From assembly GCA_964106915.2 (NCBI GenBank), contig OZ066915.1: DNA of 64,000 bases; one strand, 5' to 3'. The first letter of the stretch is position 1. Each line of letters starts with the position of its first letter. Both the position numbers and the translations under genes were made by a program. This DNA is from Podarcis gaigeae (lineage: Eukaryota). Below the pieces are notes generated by a model. That model saw only the letters and a program-made list of their open reading frames with translations. It had not been told where the DNA came from and did no database searches. Positions 26,738-41,559 of the stretch are shown here, piece by piece.

Positions 26738-29354
26738 CGTAACATGCATGGGCAAACGTAATTACAGGACCGAAGTTAGTTATGACCATGAATTTCAGTG
26801 GGTCAGGTATGACTAACATTGGAAATAGCCCAATGGCTAATAGTATGCAAAAGCAGTATCCCTTTTGCTGTGGTTTGTGATGACTGTAGCTGCTGCTTAT
26901 GAAGCTCTGTTTTACTGGATTTCTAGCAGTGATGTAATTGTTCTTACTAGGGGAGTTCTCTTTGACTAATGTCAATAGCACACATGAGTGACTAATAGAT
27001 TGTTTGTGAGGATTTGAAGTTTCCCACAATCAGCCCAGTGCAAGCCAATGCATGTTTAGACAGAAATAAATCCCTTTATCCTCAATGGGACCTTACTCCC
27101 AGGTGTGTGCTTAGGGTTGCAGCCCAGCAGCCCAAACTTATAAATACTCAGAGATAAATCCCACTTAACAAAATGGGACTTATACCCTGGTAAGTGGGTA
27201 TAGGATTACAGCTGCAATGACCCAGAGTGACATGAAAAAAATGGCTAGATCTTGAGAATCAGTTAGTCAAGCTTTTCTCACCTACTGAACCCCAGGTAAG
27301 GGCATTTTGAAGTGGTATATAGTACTATTTGCAACGTTAATATGGATAACTTTTAGGAAGGCAAACCTTATTACATACATTATGCTAACGGAACTGAAAA
27401 ATCCATTACCAGCAAAACCCTCATAAATGTGGATTTTATGTAGTCCTTCAATTAGTTACCAGTAAATTTCAGTGTGGCTATTGTCACACTGCTTTATATT
27501 GGAATACTGTAGGGCAAAGCACACCACTGTGGATCTATGTATGTAGTGTGTGTTGGTTGCTACTTCTAGGTTGTTGTGGTGGTGGTTATGGGATGACTGT
27601 TTTTCCTGCTTGTATCCCATCTCCCCTTTTCAGGAATATACTTACAAGGAATCCTGGTGGTGTGCCTTTGAGGAGAAGATGTGGCATGAGCTCCTTAGCA
27701 CGAATGCTTAATCAGGGAAATTACTCCAGGCTCACCAGTAAGAGGAGCCAGCATGCTTCCCAAGCCCTGCAGGTATGTCACTTTAGATTAGAAGATGGAT
27801 TGAGAAAAGAGATATTTTTAATACAGTCTGGGGAGTTTTGTGCCAACTCTGAAATACTGCATTGGAGTGCATAATTTAATTGTGTAACAAGCAAAGCCGC
27901 ATGATTTTAAGCCTGGTTCCTTTAAAGGCCAGATTCCTCTTGGCTCGTCAGCTGAAATCTGATCAAATGATCATTGACCTTTCTGCAGACCTTCTAATGC
28001 ACTGATGCAGAAACAGAAGAGTAGTTTGGAGTCATATATGCTTAGGTAAATAGATGTGCACCAACATGCATGATTTCCACATGGAATTCATGTCATCTTT
28101 CAAGGCTGCTGTGTTGTGAGTCTGAATTGCATGTTGTAAATTCAGATATAAGGATACCTGGATTCTTTTTAATTTCAGATTCTTTTATATTTCTCTTGCA
28201 CAAAGGAAGCCCTGTGTGACTTTAAAAAACCCCCAATATATTCTATGGCATTGGATGAAGTTATTTTAATAGCATTTGGTGATGAATTTCATCATGCAGT
28301 TTAAACAGTGTTAGAAACTAAGATATGAAAACATGAAGCTAAATGGCACCTTAAACCTATGGGTTATGGGTGCAACAACGGAATGTCTCTAGGCACACTT
28401 TTTTATAACAAGAATACAAAGCTGAAAATGAACAAACTGCAGCTAAAATACGTTCATTTTTCACATGGTCTAGTCGTCCTTCCCCTGCCCACCCCCCTAA
28501 TATTCTTAAGAGGGTCTCTTCTCTCCAGTCTTCAGAGAGTAGCTGCAAGTGGGGAGGCAGAAAAATGTCTTCCTTTCCCTCCATTTTGCAGTTTTAATCT
28601 GAAATCTTCGGGGCTGTACTGCATCCAGAGCTCAGAATGTGCTCACGCTAATGAAATTCACTGTCGTAAAATGTGCCTAGAACAATGGGAGTTTCGAACA
28701 CTGAGTTTAAGTGGCTGAGAGATAAAGTAAGTGGCAACATTTTGTGAAGTGTAAACTTTGGAGAACAGCAAAGCAAGTTGAAATTGCATGGAGTAAGTGG
28801 ACTTTTTTGAGTTGGGGTGTTAAAGACTCAGAATAAACATTTACACTTGATTTTCAAACACATGCAGAGGTAAATCTGGTTCTTTCTTCATCTGCCCAGA
28901 AAGGGAATTGTAGCTTTGGATTATTACTTTTGTTTTGTCATGCCACATGGCCTAAAATTATTTCCATTTGTAAATTTACAAAAGTTCCACAGCTTATGTA
29001 CAAATTATAACAAGCATAGAGGGTTTCCTAAATCTTGTCAGTGATGTATTCTGTAACTGAGCCAAGCCATCATCTCTGTGGATGAAATATTATACAGTTA
29101 TAATTCCTTCCTTCTGCCTTTCCACAAGGAGCTCTTGATTTGGCTCCTTGACGTTAGGTAATTAGTATATCAGTAATAATGTAGGCTCCCTGATGATTCT
29201 TATATCCACAAAGGGTTGGACCAGCGCTGGCACTGAGAGAGCAGAATGGAGTAGCAGCATACAAATGAATTAAACTCCAGTAAGACGTGTGTTTCTCACC
29301 ACAGCTATCTGCCCCAAAGTCTGATTGCCATATTGCATTATTATCTTTATCCTT

Positions 29355-29552
29355 ATCACATTTATATCCCACTTTTCTTCCAAGTCTCTCCCCCTCCCCA
29401 TTTTATCCCTATGACAACCTTGTGAGGCACATTAGCCTGAGAGACAATGATTGGCCCAAGGCCACCCAGTGATCTTTATGGCAGAGTCAAGATTTTAACC
29501 TGGGCCTCCCAGATCCCTAGTCCAGCAATCTAACCACTACATCACACTGGCT
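29355..29552 (-). mobile_element. Older Squam3-like SINE
   Basis: acaaccttgtgagg...tggcccaaggccacccagtga...taaccactacatcacactggc. Confidence 0.65.
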
Positions 29553-30732
29553 TCTACATACTTAAAACATATATGTATACATAGCTTAGGCTTCAGTTCT
29601 GTAAATGATTACCTTAGGACTCAACAGGACTTACTTCTGAGGATACATGTAAAGGATTGCAGTAGGATGGCACTATTAACTAGTTTCAGGTGTCTTAAAC
29701 TGAGCCAATCAAGGACAACTTAATGACATGCAAAAGTGACCAAACTGGATGACTGGATTCTAAAGGTAAGGATGGATCAAGGTGAAAAAGCAACTCTTTG
29801 AAGGCTGTTACAGTTCCCATCCGTTCTTGACACCTGCTGGCCGAACGCCACCAGAAACAGGACTGAAAAGATTCTTGCAAGATGAAGCTTTGAAAAGTGA
29901 TCTGAGGCATGAACACAATGAATCCTAGGCATTGTGAACTGAGAAAAAAAAGAAGAAAAAATTGAAAGCAGTGTGAAGTAGCCCTTGGACCAATGTAAGA
30001 AGAACAGCAGCTATTATGTTCAAATTACATTAAGTTTTCTCTTCTGTGTAACAATAAGGAACACCCTGTGAAAATATTTGAAGTGCATTATATTGAAAAT
30101 TCTAATGCAATAACACAGCTATGCTTTTATAAGAGAAGTTATAAAAGAGAAGTTAGGACCTACTTTCGAAGGAAAGCTAATAAATTCACCACCAATTTCT
30201 TTTTCTTTTTAAAAAAAAACTAATTTAAAAACAAACAAACCTGAGAGATAAATAGCGAGTAGAACCCAATGGCTGTTACTCAGGGGCTGACTGAAGGCAC
30301 TTTGCAGCAGGATTGGGGGGGGGGGGGAGAGATTTTTCATGATTCTTCTCAATGTAGCCTTCTGCCCTCCCACTCCCTCCCCTTCCCCAAATCTGCTCCA
30401 ACGGGTTGGAGGATTCTCTAGTGCAGAGTTTTTAAGGGTGGAGGCATTGAAGAGGAATGACAAACACAGCCTTTCTCACTGTTCCACACAGGTAGATGCC
30501 TTCGAACAATACAGCAACATTCATTGGATGCCATCCCCGTTTTTCAGAATATAGGAGAAGATCCTTACTTTATTTTAATTTTATTTCAAGATACCAGGAT
30601 ATCTACATATTTTCCTACTGCAGAGAAAAAGCAGACTGGAGAAATTTTGAGCAGAAAAAAAAAGGGCCCTAAGAGAGAAGGGATGAAACAGCTCCTCCCT
30701 GCTATCACTCTCCTTAAATTTGTAGCCTTCTC

Positions 30733-30779
30733 CAGGCCAAATTAGATGTGATAACAGGCCAAATTAGATGTGATAACAG
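30733..30779 (+). repeat. 22-bp perfect tandem duplication
   Basis: caggccaaattagatgtgataa x2 plus cag. Confidence 0.9.
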
Positions 30780-31292
30780 AGTTGCATTCATGTGTCCCTA
30801 ATCTCTCACCCCCAAATAGCAGCTGGGAGTGGGGGCATGAGCTGAATCAGAAGTGTGGTCTGAGGTAAAGGTGTTAACCCCCCCTCCGTGCCCCTACCCC
30901 ATTTTCCTAATGAAAATCTCACACCAAGAGCCACTATTTGCCCTGGTGTCTTGTTTTGTTTTTTAAAAACCCAAATAAACTACCTGCGTAGATTTATAGG
31001 CAAACAGCGGTCTCAGGTGGCAATTTTCATAAGAGAAAAGTCTAAAAGACACACATCTCTGTGCTGTGATCCAAATCCAGATTTAGCCCTCCTCCATTTT
31101 CTATTTGGAGGGGGTGGATATAAAAGGGGGATGATTCATTCACACATCTCGGCTATCATTTGCAGTTTTGCCCTCTGAGAATGCTTTTGGTTACTTTTAA
31201 AAAAACACCTGCCAGGTAAAAGTTACATGGAGAGTTTAGCATTATATAAAAGAAACACTGTTCAACATATTCCTCGTTATAAAAAGATTATA

Positions 31293-31317
31293 TGCAGCAC
31301 TAGGCCACAAGGTGGTG
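31293..31317 (+). promoter_or_regulatory. Candidate CTCF site with upstream TGCAG module
   Basis: TGCAGcactagGCCACAAGGTGGTG. Confidence 0.4.
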
Positions 31318-32753
31318 ATAATTCTTCACAAAATACCTCAGTCCTTCAGGAAGTGGAATACAGACAACCAAAGAGGCCGCCTTCTTTTTCTTTTATGCGG
31401 TGTTTTTTATGCGGTGTTTTTTATAAGCTTGTAGCATCAGATGTAGCTTTCACTGCAGCCACAGGGAAGAAATTACACTTCTTTTTCCTGAAGATATTGA
31501 TGCTACTCTCAGGTTACCAGATTTTTTTCAATGAATCCAGGGACACTTTTCAACTTCCTACTAAATAGATGGATTTTGTCAGGGGGCTGATTTGCAAATC
31601 CAGGGACTGTCCCCGGGAAACGGGGACGTCTGGTAACCTTATCTACTCCTCAATATCTACATTGAGGTTTATTAGAGGGGCAAGTTGGCATAATGTTCTG
31701 AAAACATAATAAATGAAATGGTGGGAAGAGGTCCATGTATCTTGCCCCAACTCCTCAGAGAAATGATGGGATGAAAATGCCATTAATGATGATGATGACG
31801 ACGATGACACAGAATCCTGCTTTAGAACATGGGTAGAGAACCTGCTTCCCAATATTGTTGGACCACAGTCCACCCCTCATTCCTTGACAGGGGCTGATGG
31901 GAATTGGAGTCCAACTAAATCTGGAGGGCTACAGGTTGCTCCATCCCTGCTTTAGGAGAACTTTTTCATTCCTTCACCAACCTGGTCCTCCAGGTGAGGA
32001 TCACACTTCCCATCACCATGGGCCAACAGTCATTCTGGTTGAGGCAGATGAGAGTTGTTGTGCGGAGGGCACCAAGTATATCCTCTAAATTCTCATTGCA
32101 TGAATGTTCACGAACTGTCCCAAAGCTGCCTGCCACCCATGAATGGCTCAGTATGTGGGGTACTCAACATAAAGATTACTGGCTCAATTGTAATGCTCTT
32201 ACATGTGAAGAATGCCTTTGAGAATATCACTCCAGCAACAGAGGCAGATTTAGGGGAGCACAACCAGTTTGGGCGTGAAGCCTTCGTGGTGCTGCAGAGG
32301 GATCCACAACTGTTATGTAGAATGGAAAGGGGAGCAAATTTTGGCATCACAAAGGGCACCACTGAAATTTGAGACCCTAAGGCCCGCATTTACTGGCAGA
32401 GTTTGATGAATTAAAGGAACGAAGCAGAAAGTTGTCTCTAAAAACGCTCTATTGAACTGTTAAACATACAAAAAAATCTTAAAAATTAATTTGCAGAAAG
32501 GTCAATGTGCAAAACAAAAGCCATTGTTATTATTCTGGTTTGTCCACAGGAGCCTACTTCCTGGAGATGACGTTTTGCTGCCTTTCCAACAAATCCTCTG
32601 GAATAAGGAACTGATTTTGCTTCCCATTCCATAAGAGTGCCTATGACACTGGGATTTTGCAAAACTCCTGTTCCTAGGTAAATGAAATAATATTGGGTAG
32701 GGATGTGCCCCCTCTTTTATGATGTTATTGTCTAAATTATGACAGTAAAGGCT

Positions 32754-32792
32754 GAATGAATGAATGAATGAATGAATGAATGAATGAATGAA
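32754..32792. repeat. (TGAA)n microsatellite
   Basis: Seen directly. Confidence 0.95.
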
Positions 32793-33510
32793 TAACGACT
32801 TCATTGTTGCCTTTAGCCAGTACATTTTTCTGGGGGTACTCAAAGGTATGCAGTACCAGCACCTTTTAAATGTTAAAAGTGTGGCACTTACTGTAACAAC
32901 TTCATGGTGATTACCAGCACCACTTTTTCTATATAAAAAGCACTGCCTTTAGTTATTCTATTTTTGCCTTACCAGTCTCTGTTCTTCTTTTTAGCTAGTC
33001 TCCTTTTCCTGTTTGGGTTCTTTCCTGCCATCTGTCTTCACTTTAGCAGTCTTGGTGTAAGTATAAGAAATATTCATATTTCTTTTATGCTTTAAAATAT
33101 TTTGCTATCCTCTCCCTGATTCAATATAACGTTTGGGCAATTGAGTTGTTCCCAGGTATGTAATCTGATTCTCAATCTTTTTCGTTTTTATGTGACAAAG
33201 TCTCTACTTGATCGTCTTTACTTTCTGAATCCAACAGCCCATTACTGAATCTGAGTACCAGAAGTCTGGTGCCTCAGGGCTGGTAAAATAGAGCACTAAG
33301 AATACCTGCAGCTATGCACATTAAGCAGTGCAAATAATGGAAACCAATCTCTCCATGCTGGCTCATGGAACTATAAAAATTGTCTATGGAAGCTAGCCAT
33401 CTTTTTGAATATTGGTAGGGCAATGGTTTGTAGCTCTGGGAAGCAGTACAGCAAAATGATGCCACTGTTAGCAGAATGTTCAAAGAGCCCTGCATTCTAA
33501 AAAGAAAATA

Positions 33511-33931
33511 CCGAATTTTTCCATGTATGAGACTGTTTTTTTACTATAAAAATTTTAAACAATTGGGGGCCATCTTATACATGGGTAGTGCGGGGCGGGT
33601 GGGCAATTGGTGGCAGCCGCGAGCAGGAAATTGTCAGTCGTGATTGGGGGGCGTGATTAGCGGCTGCAGCAAGGCCTGCTGGTGATTGGCTGCTGATGCA
33701 GCAATTGGATGTGCTATTGGCTGGGCAGACGATCATTGACTTAGGCGAGGTGTGCGATTAGCAGCGGTGGTCATCAGGCGGGTGAGAGATTGTTGGCAAT
33801 CCCCCCCCCCCAAAAAAAGCTCAACAACTCTGGGCTCAACAACTCTCATTTCCCCCCCCCCATTTTCTTAATTTGGGATCCCCCAAAAGAGGGGTCTTAT
33901 ACACGGGGCGTGTTATACACAGAAAATACAG
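33511..33931. mobile_element. Tc2/pogo-like non-autonomous DNA transposon
   Basis: TA|CCGAATTTTTCCATGTATGA...TTATACACAGAAAATACAG|TA imperfect TIRs; internal repeats of tcttatac. Confidence 0.65.
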
Positions 33932-36900
33932 TATAACCTTCTTATCTTTAAAGTATTTTTAATGAGTAACTTCATGCAAAGATATAAAATATAACATAAA
34001 AAAAAGAAAAAACATAGAACAAAACTATGAAAAAATGGAAGAAATAAAGGTGAGATTTTCTCCAATTTTCCAGACTACAGAACTGCTAAATTATGCAAAT
34101 TTGTTATCCAGCTGGTTTTCCTTAATGTGTCAGGCATTCATACGATATATTGTTAAAAACTTAGGCATAGAGTTTTTGGTAACCACATCACTAAAGGTTG
34201 AAGCCTGTATAGAATGCTTGCATGGCTGCACTGAACACCTTGCAGAATAAAATAGAGAGTATTTCGGTGATGGAATGATTGAATATTAAAGAGAGGTTGA
34301 AAAGGTCATTTAATATTAACATTAAATGAAGTATTTAATTTTTCTCTTCCAGGTGTATCTATGCTGTCTTCAAGCCACCCCGTGTATTTACAAGCCACTG
34401 AGTGTTTACCCATGGTATGTCAGCCGTATATGGGCAGCAGCAGAAGGGAGGTAAGAGTGAGAGAGGAAGCTGGCAGGAAGAGGAAGAACAGAGAGAGCTA
34501 CTGACTAACATCAGGCCTCTGGTAGAAGCAGCTGAGTCTAAGAGGCTGTGGTGTGTGTAGGTTTTTCAGTTTTACAAGCCAAGGATCAAAAGAAAAGCAG
34601 AATGGTAAGTAGCTGATAACAAATGTCCCCCAATCTCCCCATCCCCTCTTCTTCCAGCCCCCATGCTTGGTGCGTATGTGTGTAGCTGTGTTTTTGAGGT
34701 CTCATCTGCCTATTCCTCTGTTGACACTCATACAAAACCAGGCAGGATTCTTCCACCTGTCTCAATGTGAGATAAGCAAAACACGCCCACTCTAGTCATG
34801 TGCCAAAAGAGTGCAAATCAAGTGCTAAGCACACTATAGAACCATAGAAATGAACAGAGGTCAAAAGGTAGGGCAGCCTTTGCCAACCTGGTGTCCTAAT
34901 GGGTGTTGTAGTCCAAGCTTCTGGGGGGCATCAGTCTGGCAAAGACTGCCCTAGAGATATGGTGGGCACTTGTGGTGATGGTTTCCCACCTGTTGAAGAT
35001 ACAAGTATTTATGAGGATTTTCCCAAGCAGATTTTTTGGACCAGCTCTATCGGTATTCCTAGGTATCAGTGGTTTTTTATGTTCTAAATATCTGATTGTT
35101 TTATTGCAATGATTGTACAATGAAAGGTGGTTTATAAATATTTTAGGTAAAGAAAGTAAAATGGACAAATTCCCTGTAATTTGACTGGGAACTCAGCTAC
35201 ACTGGCAAAGAAAAAGCACTTTATATGTGGTGTATATGCATTATAACACGGTGATACCAGATGGCACTGTGGAGTTCTGTTTTTGCCAACCCAATTTCTC
35301 ATACAAAGTACACACTGTGTTTAACTGAAATGCTTCTTTGATGTGTCTAGATCAAGCTTGGGTTCCTTTTGGAGGGAGGGAAGGGTAGAAGTTTTGCAAG
35401 TAAGTACTGGTAAGGAGCAAAATCCCCCAGAGTTGTGGATAAATGCCCTTGTGGTAAAGATGTCTGCTATCTGTAACCCTACCTATTTTGTTGAAAGGCG
35501 TCTCCCAATTAAGGGCACGTTGCATAAACTTGACACACATGATAGATAATTGGCTAGAGTTGCTACCTGCTATTTTGAAGTTGCAAACCACTGAATGTTG
35601 TAAACACTGAAGCCTTTGAAGTAATTGTGTTTGTCACAGAGAATGAGACTCAGCATGGAGCAATATGCTGGACTAGAATGCAGTACCCAATTCTGACATC
35701 AAATTGTCCTGGGCTGGCCCACCTATGAGGCAAGATGAGGCAACTGCCTCAGGCAGTAAGATCCGCAGGGGCAGCAGATCAAAATGTAGATCTCACTCCT
35801 TCTTCCCTGGCAGGGTGTGTAAGTGTGTGCCATTTTGTGGTTCTCCTTAGGTTGCAAAATGTCTCAGGCCGGCCCTGGTCCTGAATATTCTGCTGATGCT
35901 GAGGGAGAGACAAGGAAGGACTCTTATTAATGTTGCCTGATATGAAATGCAGCCTCAAAAGGCTCCCAACTTCCTCCTGGCTTCAGGAGGAGAACAGGTT
36001 GTGCTCTAAATACAATCTTCTCTACCAGCTGCAAAGAAAAGCATTCTTAAACAAACTTTTAAACAATTATGTAAATATCTGATCTGAGATTGATTTTAGA
36101 CAGATGGGAAATATCTTCTAGTGTCTGCATTTCCAGACAACAGAAGGATCAGAATTAGCCTTGCACAAACCCCTAAACTCCAGTTCAGTTCATTTAAAAA
36201 TGTCTCAGATGTGGCCTTTAGCTTCTGAGTACAATTTTTTGGAGGAAGTCACATTTTCTTGTGCAAGATCACTCTGAGTGCAAGCAGGAATGGGTTGTTG
36301 CAATGTGTCAACACATTATGAAACCTCTAGGTTTAAATACAATTAGCATGAGCCATTAGCGTATAGCTTTTGCAATTGGTAATGAACTCAATGAGTAACA
36401 ATCAAACCTTATAGGATGTTTTGTAGCAGGAGGGAGGAGCGTAGCTAAACTAACTAGAAAGTCTTGTTCCTGAGAATACAGAGAGGTGTTGTCTTCCATG
36501 AATTTTGTTATCCTTCTTTGTTACTATTTCAGCAAAGTGCTAATTTTGCTGTGGTTAGCTGAGAACACACTGCTTGAAACCAAGAATATTTTGCTGGTAA
36601 GTGATTTGTTTGGTGTTCTGTCTAACCTGATCAAAGTTTTAGAATTTTACTGTCTGGCTGTATGTAGTAAACCTTACTTGGCTGGTGATTTTTGTATTAT
36701 ATATGAAATGTGATTTCTCATTGTGTGGTTAAGAAAGGTTTCAAATCCATCTGTTCTGGTTTCTAATTAATGGATAGTTCACAACCACTATAAGGTATCA
36801 GTTCACATTTAACTGAACTTTAAATCTGTTTAATGCTAAATGCTCTCAAGCAAGAGACTATGGGGATTGTAGTTCTGGGAGAAATAGGGGAATGATCTTT

Positions 36901-38055
36901 AGCCCTCTACTACCTACAACTAAACCTCTTTCAGCTAGTTTAAACATGTAATGTAGATTTACCATAAATCAACAGTTCAGTGAGTACTTCAAAGGAAAAG
37001 ATGAGAAGTTTCGTCCAGGTTACCTCTGCATCTGACACCATACGGTCTGATTCCACACTTATCATGACACATTTCTTGGTATCTCTGAGAATTTTTACAA
37101 ATCTTCTCTTCTTCCTCTTCCTCTGCTCTTCCTTCAGCTCTTGCCTGCCCTACACCTTAAGGTGCCAATGGGAGTTACAACATTATTATAAGAAGTTTTA
37201 TTGATTTTCAGTGTATAAACACAATTACAAAGAGCCCCCCATACTAACTAACATTAAAACAAATAAGGTGGCTCCTAAAAATATACACCTCAGCTATTGA
37301 AAGCCAGGGTAAAGGGGTGTGTCTCCATCATCCTCTGTATAATGAAGACATCCAGCTGTCTCTCTCCTTTTAATCTAATTCAGTTCAAGTGGTAAATGTG
37401 CTAAAGAGATGTCTGGTGCCAGGGACTGGATTAGGGCTCATAAACTGAAGCTCAATTTATTAGATGGCTAGGCAGGGGTATTGTTGTTAGTTGGCTCTAT
37501 GGGAGTGACTATAGCTCATGACAAAGCACAGGCAGAAGGTCTTAGGCTCAGTTCCTAGCATCTCTAGTTAAAAGGATGAGGTGTGTTGCTCAAGTACATC
37601 TCCCACGAATCCTTGCCTTTGGCCATGTTGGCTGGAGCTGATGGGAGTTCATCAACATCAGCGAGGGGCACAGGTTCCCAAGTCAGGCCAGACAGATGAA
37701 CAAATAGTCTAAGACAACTTCCTGTATTGCTGATCAATGAGGTGGGGTTTCCTCTTCTGGACGGTGTTGTATTTCCTCTTAAAAATCAAGTTTGCAATTG
37801 GGAAGGACTGTTGGATCTCTCCATTACCTGGGAAGTCCAGGTGGTATCTGTGGCATGAAGAGCTAGCATTGTTCGCAGGGCACACATGGTTACAGCAGTC
37901 AGAATCCCTCCTCCTCCTATTCCTTAAGTCACCAACAGAGAGAGCAACTTTTAAACAGTTTAAAACAAGGATGGGTGACCCCTGTTGCTCTGGAAGTTGT
38001 TGGACTCCTAGTTTCCCCTGGGAGTTGGAATCTAGCAACATTGGAAAGGCTACAG

Positions 38056-38191
38056 CAGGCTTCCTCAACCTCAGCCCTCCAGATGTTTTTGGCCTACAAC
38101 TCCCATGATCCCTAGCTAGCAGGACGAGTGGTCAGGGATGATGGGAATTGTAGTCTCAAAACATCTGGAGGGTCGAGGTTGAGGAAGCCTG
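38056..38191. mobile_element. Palindromic hAT (Charlie-like) MITE with 8-bp TSD
   Basis: TIR CAGGCTTCCTCAACCTC; perfect TSD ggctacag at 38048-38055 and 38192-38199. Confidence 0.9.
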
Positions 38192-38452
38192 GGCTACAGG
38201 TACACTGCTCCTGCCTTAAAGGAGGAAGCAGCAAAATTAGAGGCAGCTGCCACTACATGGTAAATGCCAGATCCCCTCCAAAAAAAGCCCCAAATTCATC
38301 CCCTAGCCCTCACAATTTGGGAGAGGGAAGTCAAAATGACACTCCCACATAAAGCAAACCATTTTTAAAAAGAAATGTTCAATGGAACCCATGTTGTAAA
38401 TGGGTCTGTCTTTTTGAAGACTTCATGGCAATTGGTGCCAGAATACAGCCAC

Positions 38453-38627
38453 ACAAGTAGTAAACAGTGTTTCCATGCACTCTGTCTTCCACCACAGTGT
38501 TTAATTGCACCAGAAGCGGTTTAGTCATGCTGACCACATGACTGTCTGTGGACAGCAAGATGAACACCACATCCCTTAGTCGCCTTTGACTGGACTTAAC
38601 CATCCAGGGGTCCTTTACCTTACCTTA
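38453..38627 (+). mobile_element. Sauria SINE 3' fragment
   Basis: agaagcggtttagtcatgctgaccacatgac...ggggtcctttaccttaccttac tail. Confidence 0.7.
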
Positions 38628-41559
38628 CAGGAGTAGTGACTGGAACTGGCCAGTCAAAACATGCTTCCTCAGCTTTACTGGCTTTCTGTTTCTGGACACA
38701 ATTCAAAGAGCTGATTATAATATTTAAAGCCAATCACAGCCTGGGGCCTGGGACTCAAAGGACCCACAAACCAGTCTCCTGGATGTTAAGATCTGCATTC
38801 ATATCTCTTCTCTGCATATCCCACCTGTGAAAGCTTAGGCTTAAGCTACAGTTCTCATGAGTTTTTTGAGGAAGTCATGTGCTTTAGATGAATGCTGTGG
38901 ACCAGAGTTTTTCTTTTAAGTTGTTTTCCATTTGTTTCACTGCTAAGTTCCAGCAAGTTCTGGCTGGGAAAAAGCCCTGATAATGGGCCTAGTGTTTGTG
39001 GTGTTTTCTTTTTTTTTTTGAAAATTGGTTTAGAAATTTCAGTTTAAAAGTTGGCCCATTTGAATTTGAACGCATGAAACTGCTGAAGCACACAAAGCTT
39101 CTTCCTCTCTGGCCCATTATCAGGGCTTTTCCCCAGACAAAACTCGCTGGAACTCAGTTCTGGCACCTCTCAGGTAGGCACCATTGCTATTCTAAGAGAA
39201 TAAGGATGGTGTTCATGGTGACTTCTGGCACATCTTTCTCTGGAAAAATAGCATGGCCCACTCTACTTTCTCTTGGGAGCACATCTCTGATAACCACTCT
39301 TCCCAATTTCCCCATATGATCTGGACATGAATATGTAGTAGCAGTAGAGTCAGAAGATATATTTGCATGCCATCTCCTAAGGCACTGAAAACAGGAAATA
39401 AACTCAGTATCATTGTAAGAGCTAATAACTAGGTACCTCCCAGCCTTTCACTGTAAAAGAGACATGCAATAACGTGCTGCCCTTATGTGTCATTTTATCC
39501 AGTTCTCAACATTTGGCGTGTTAGGAAGACTAGATGCAAACAAAACCACAATCTCCTGCCACCCCATTTGCGTTTCCTTCTTTGATATCTCCTAAGAGCT
39601 TTTGTGTCTAAGAAGGGATATAAAGCTATTATTGGCTGGCTGTACATGAAGTGGTGTGCATTAATGGTAGTCCAATGTCTGGGAGTTCCTAGAGTTGCTA
39701 TCTCAGTGGTTCTGTAATGTAATGAGATTTACTTCACTTAAATTTGAATCGATACTCCTGATGTTGTCAGCTGACTGGTCTCCTGAGGCTCAGACCTCAA
39801 GAGTCTCGGGCACTAAATAGCAGTGGGGACTTGTCCTTAGGAAGAAAATGGTCAGTGCCCCATGACCACTGGCAGACTGTGGCCAATCTTGCAGAGCCTG
39901 AGCCCACTCCTTCTCTCCTCTTCCTCCATACTATCAGCGTTCACTTTCCATTGTCTGTCTTCTTGCTTGGAGTCTGCGTCACTGTGGTGTGACTCCACGC
40001 CCATAGCACCAGAAAAAAGAACACATTTTCCCCAAACAATTCCCATTGAAAATGGTTTTCTGGAAAAGCAAGGACGCTTACCAACTTTTTCTTGTGACTG
40101 GCAACACCTAGCCAGTTATTTGCATACAATCAGCCTCAAGCACTGTAACTGCTGGTTCCCATGAGCCAGTTTTAGACTGCCACTGAAAGCAACAGGGATG
40201 GCAGTGGAGAGCACTCAGAGCCAGGCCAGCAGCAGTTGCTCGATAGCTTCAGTCTCTCTCCCCCCACCCCACCCCTGCTCTCATGCCCTGTGCTCCCAAT
40301 GATAGCAAAATCACAACAGTCTTGCCCACTCAGATCATGCTGAACTGAAACTGCACCAGCTGCTGTGAGTCAGGTGGTTGCCTACAACAGCTGATCTCAG
40401 ATTACTCGACACAGAGTTATGATTTGTCACACCCAACTCAGGATGCACAGTGACATCCTGCATGAGATACACACCCAGTTATCCCTGCTCTAGCAAAGAA
40501 TTATTCCTTGGCCATTTACAGTTCTCTCTTTTCTTTCAAGAAGTTCATCTCTGAAATAGCAAGACCAACCGAATAGCACTTACTTAGAGTGACCAAAGAG
40601 ACAATTATACATAGTAACATCACAGGTTAGTTGATTATTTTTTTCTATGCCTATGTTGTTTTCTTTTGGTAGTGGTTTTACTATAAGCACATGGCTGTTA
40701 TTTTACTTCCATGTGAGGAATTTAAGGCTCATTGATTGGATTCAGATAAATAGTTTCCGACAATAACATTTTTTCGGGCACCATAGAGTGGGGATTGAAT
40801 AGCAGTATGTTGTGTGAAGCAGGTGTATGTTGGATTCACAGTCAACACTTGCTGAAGAAACTGTAGCCTACCATGTCTAACAAACCACAGAAACCTTAAT
40901 GCACTGGGCCTCTTCAGTCTGTGACCATTTGATTCCATAGTCAAAAGCCAGTAAAAAAGAAAGTCTGAATCTGCCTACTATCAAATTGATAAGGCACCAG
41001 AAGTTTGAACAAAGAGAAATGTAGAAAGAAATTATTCAAAATGTTCTAAGTCAGACTTTACCAACCTGGAGCCTTCCAGATGGTGTTGGACTACAACTCC
41101 CATCAGCCCCAGCCAGCACAGCCTGATGGAATTTGTAGGTAACAATATCTGGAGAGCACCAGGTTGGCAGAGGCTGGTCTGGGTCTTTAATATAATTCAA
41201 TACAACGTTGAGCCAAAAAAAATATTTTTTTTATTTTCCACTTTGTGCCTTTGATGAAATAGGCTTTTGGCTATGAAAGGTTAGCAATCCACATGTTGCT
41301 TCAATGATAAGCAGTGTCCTCTTTCTGGAGTTCTGTTTTTAAAATAATGCAGTGTAGGCAGAGATTATTTTTCACTCTCTACTTCTATAAGAGCTATAAG
41401 CCTAAATTATTATTAAACTTCAAACTATTTTTAATTAAGCAATTATCGCTAACTTAATTAATGATAATGCTTAGATATTACTACTAATTACTAGGCACAC
41501 AGGAAGCTGACATATTCTGAGTCAGACCATTGGTCCCACTGGATCAGTACTGTCTACAG

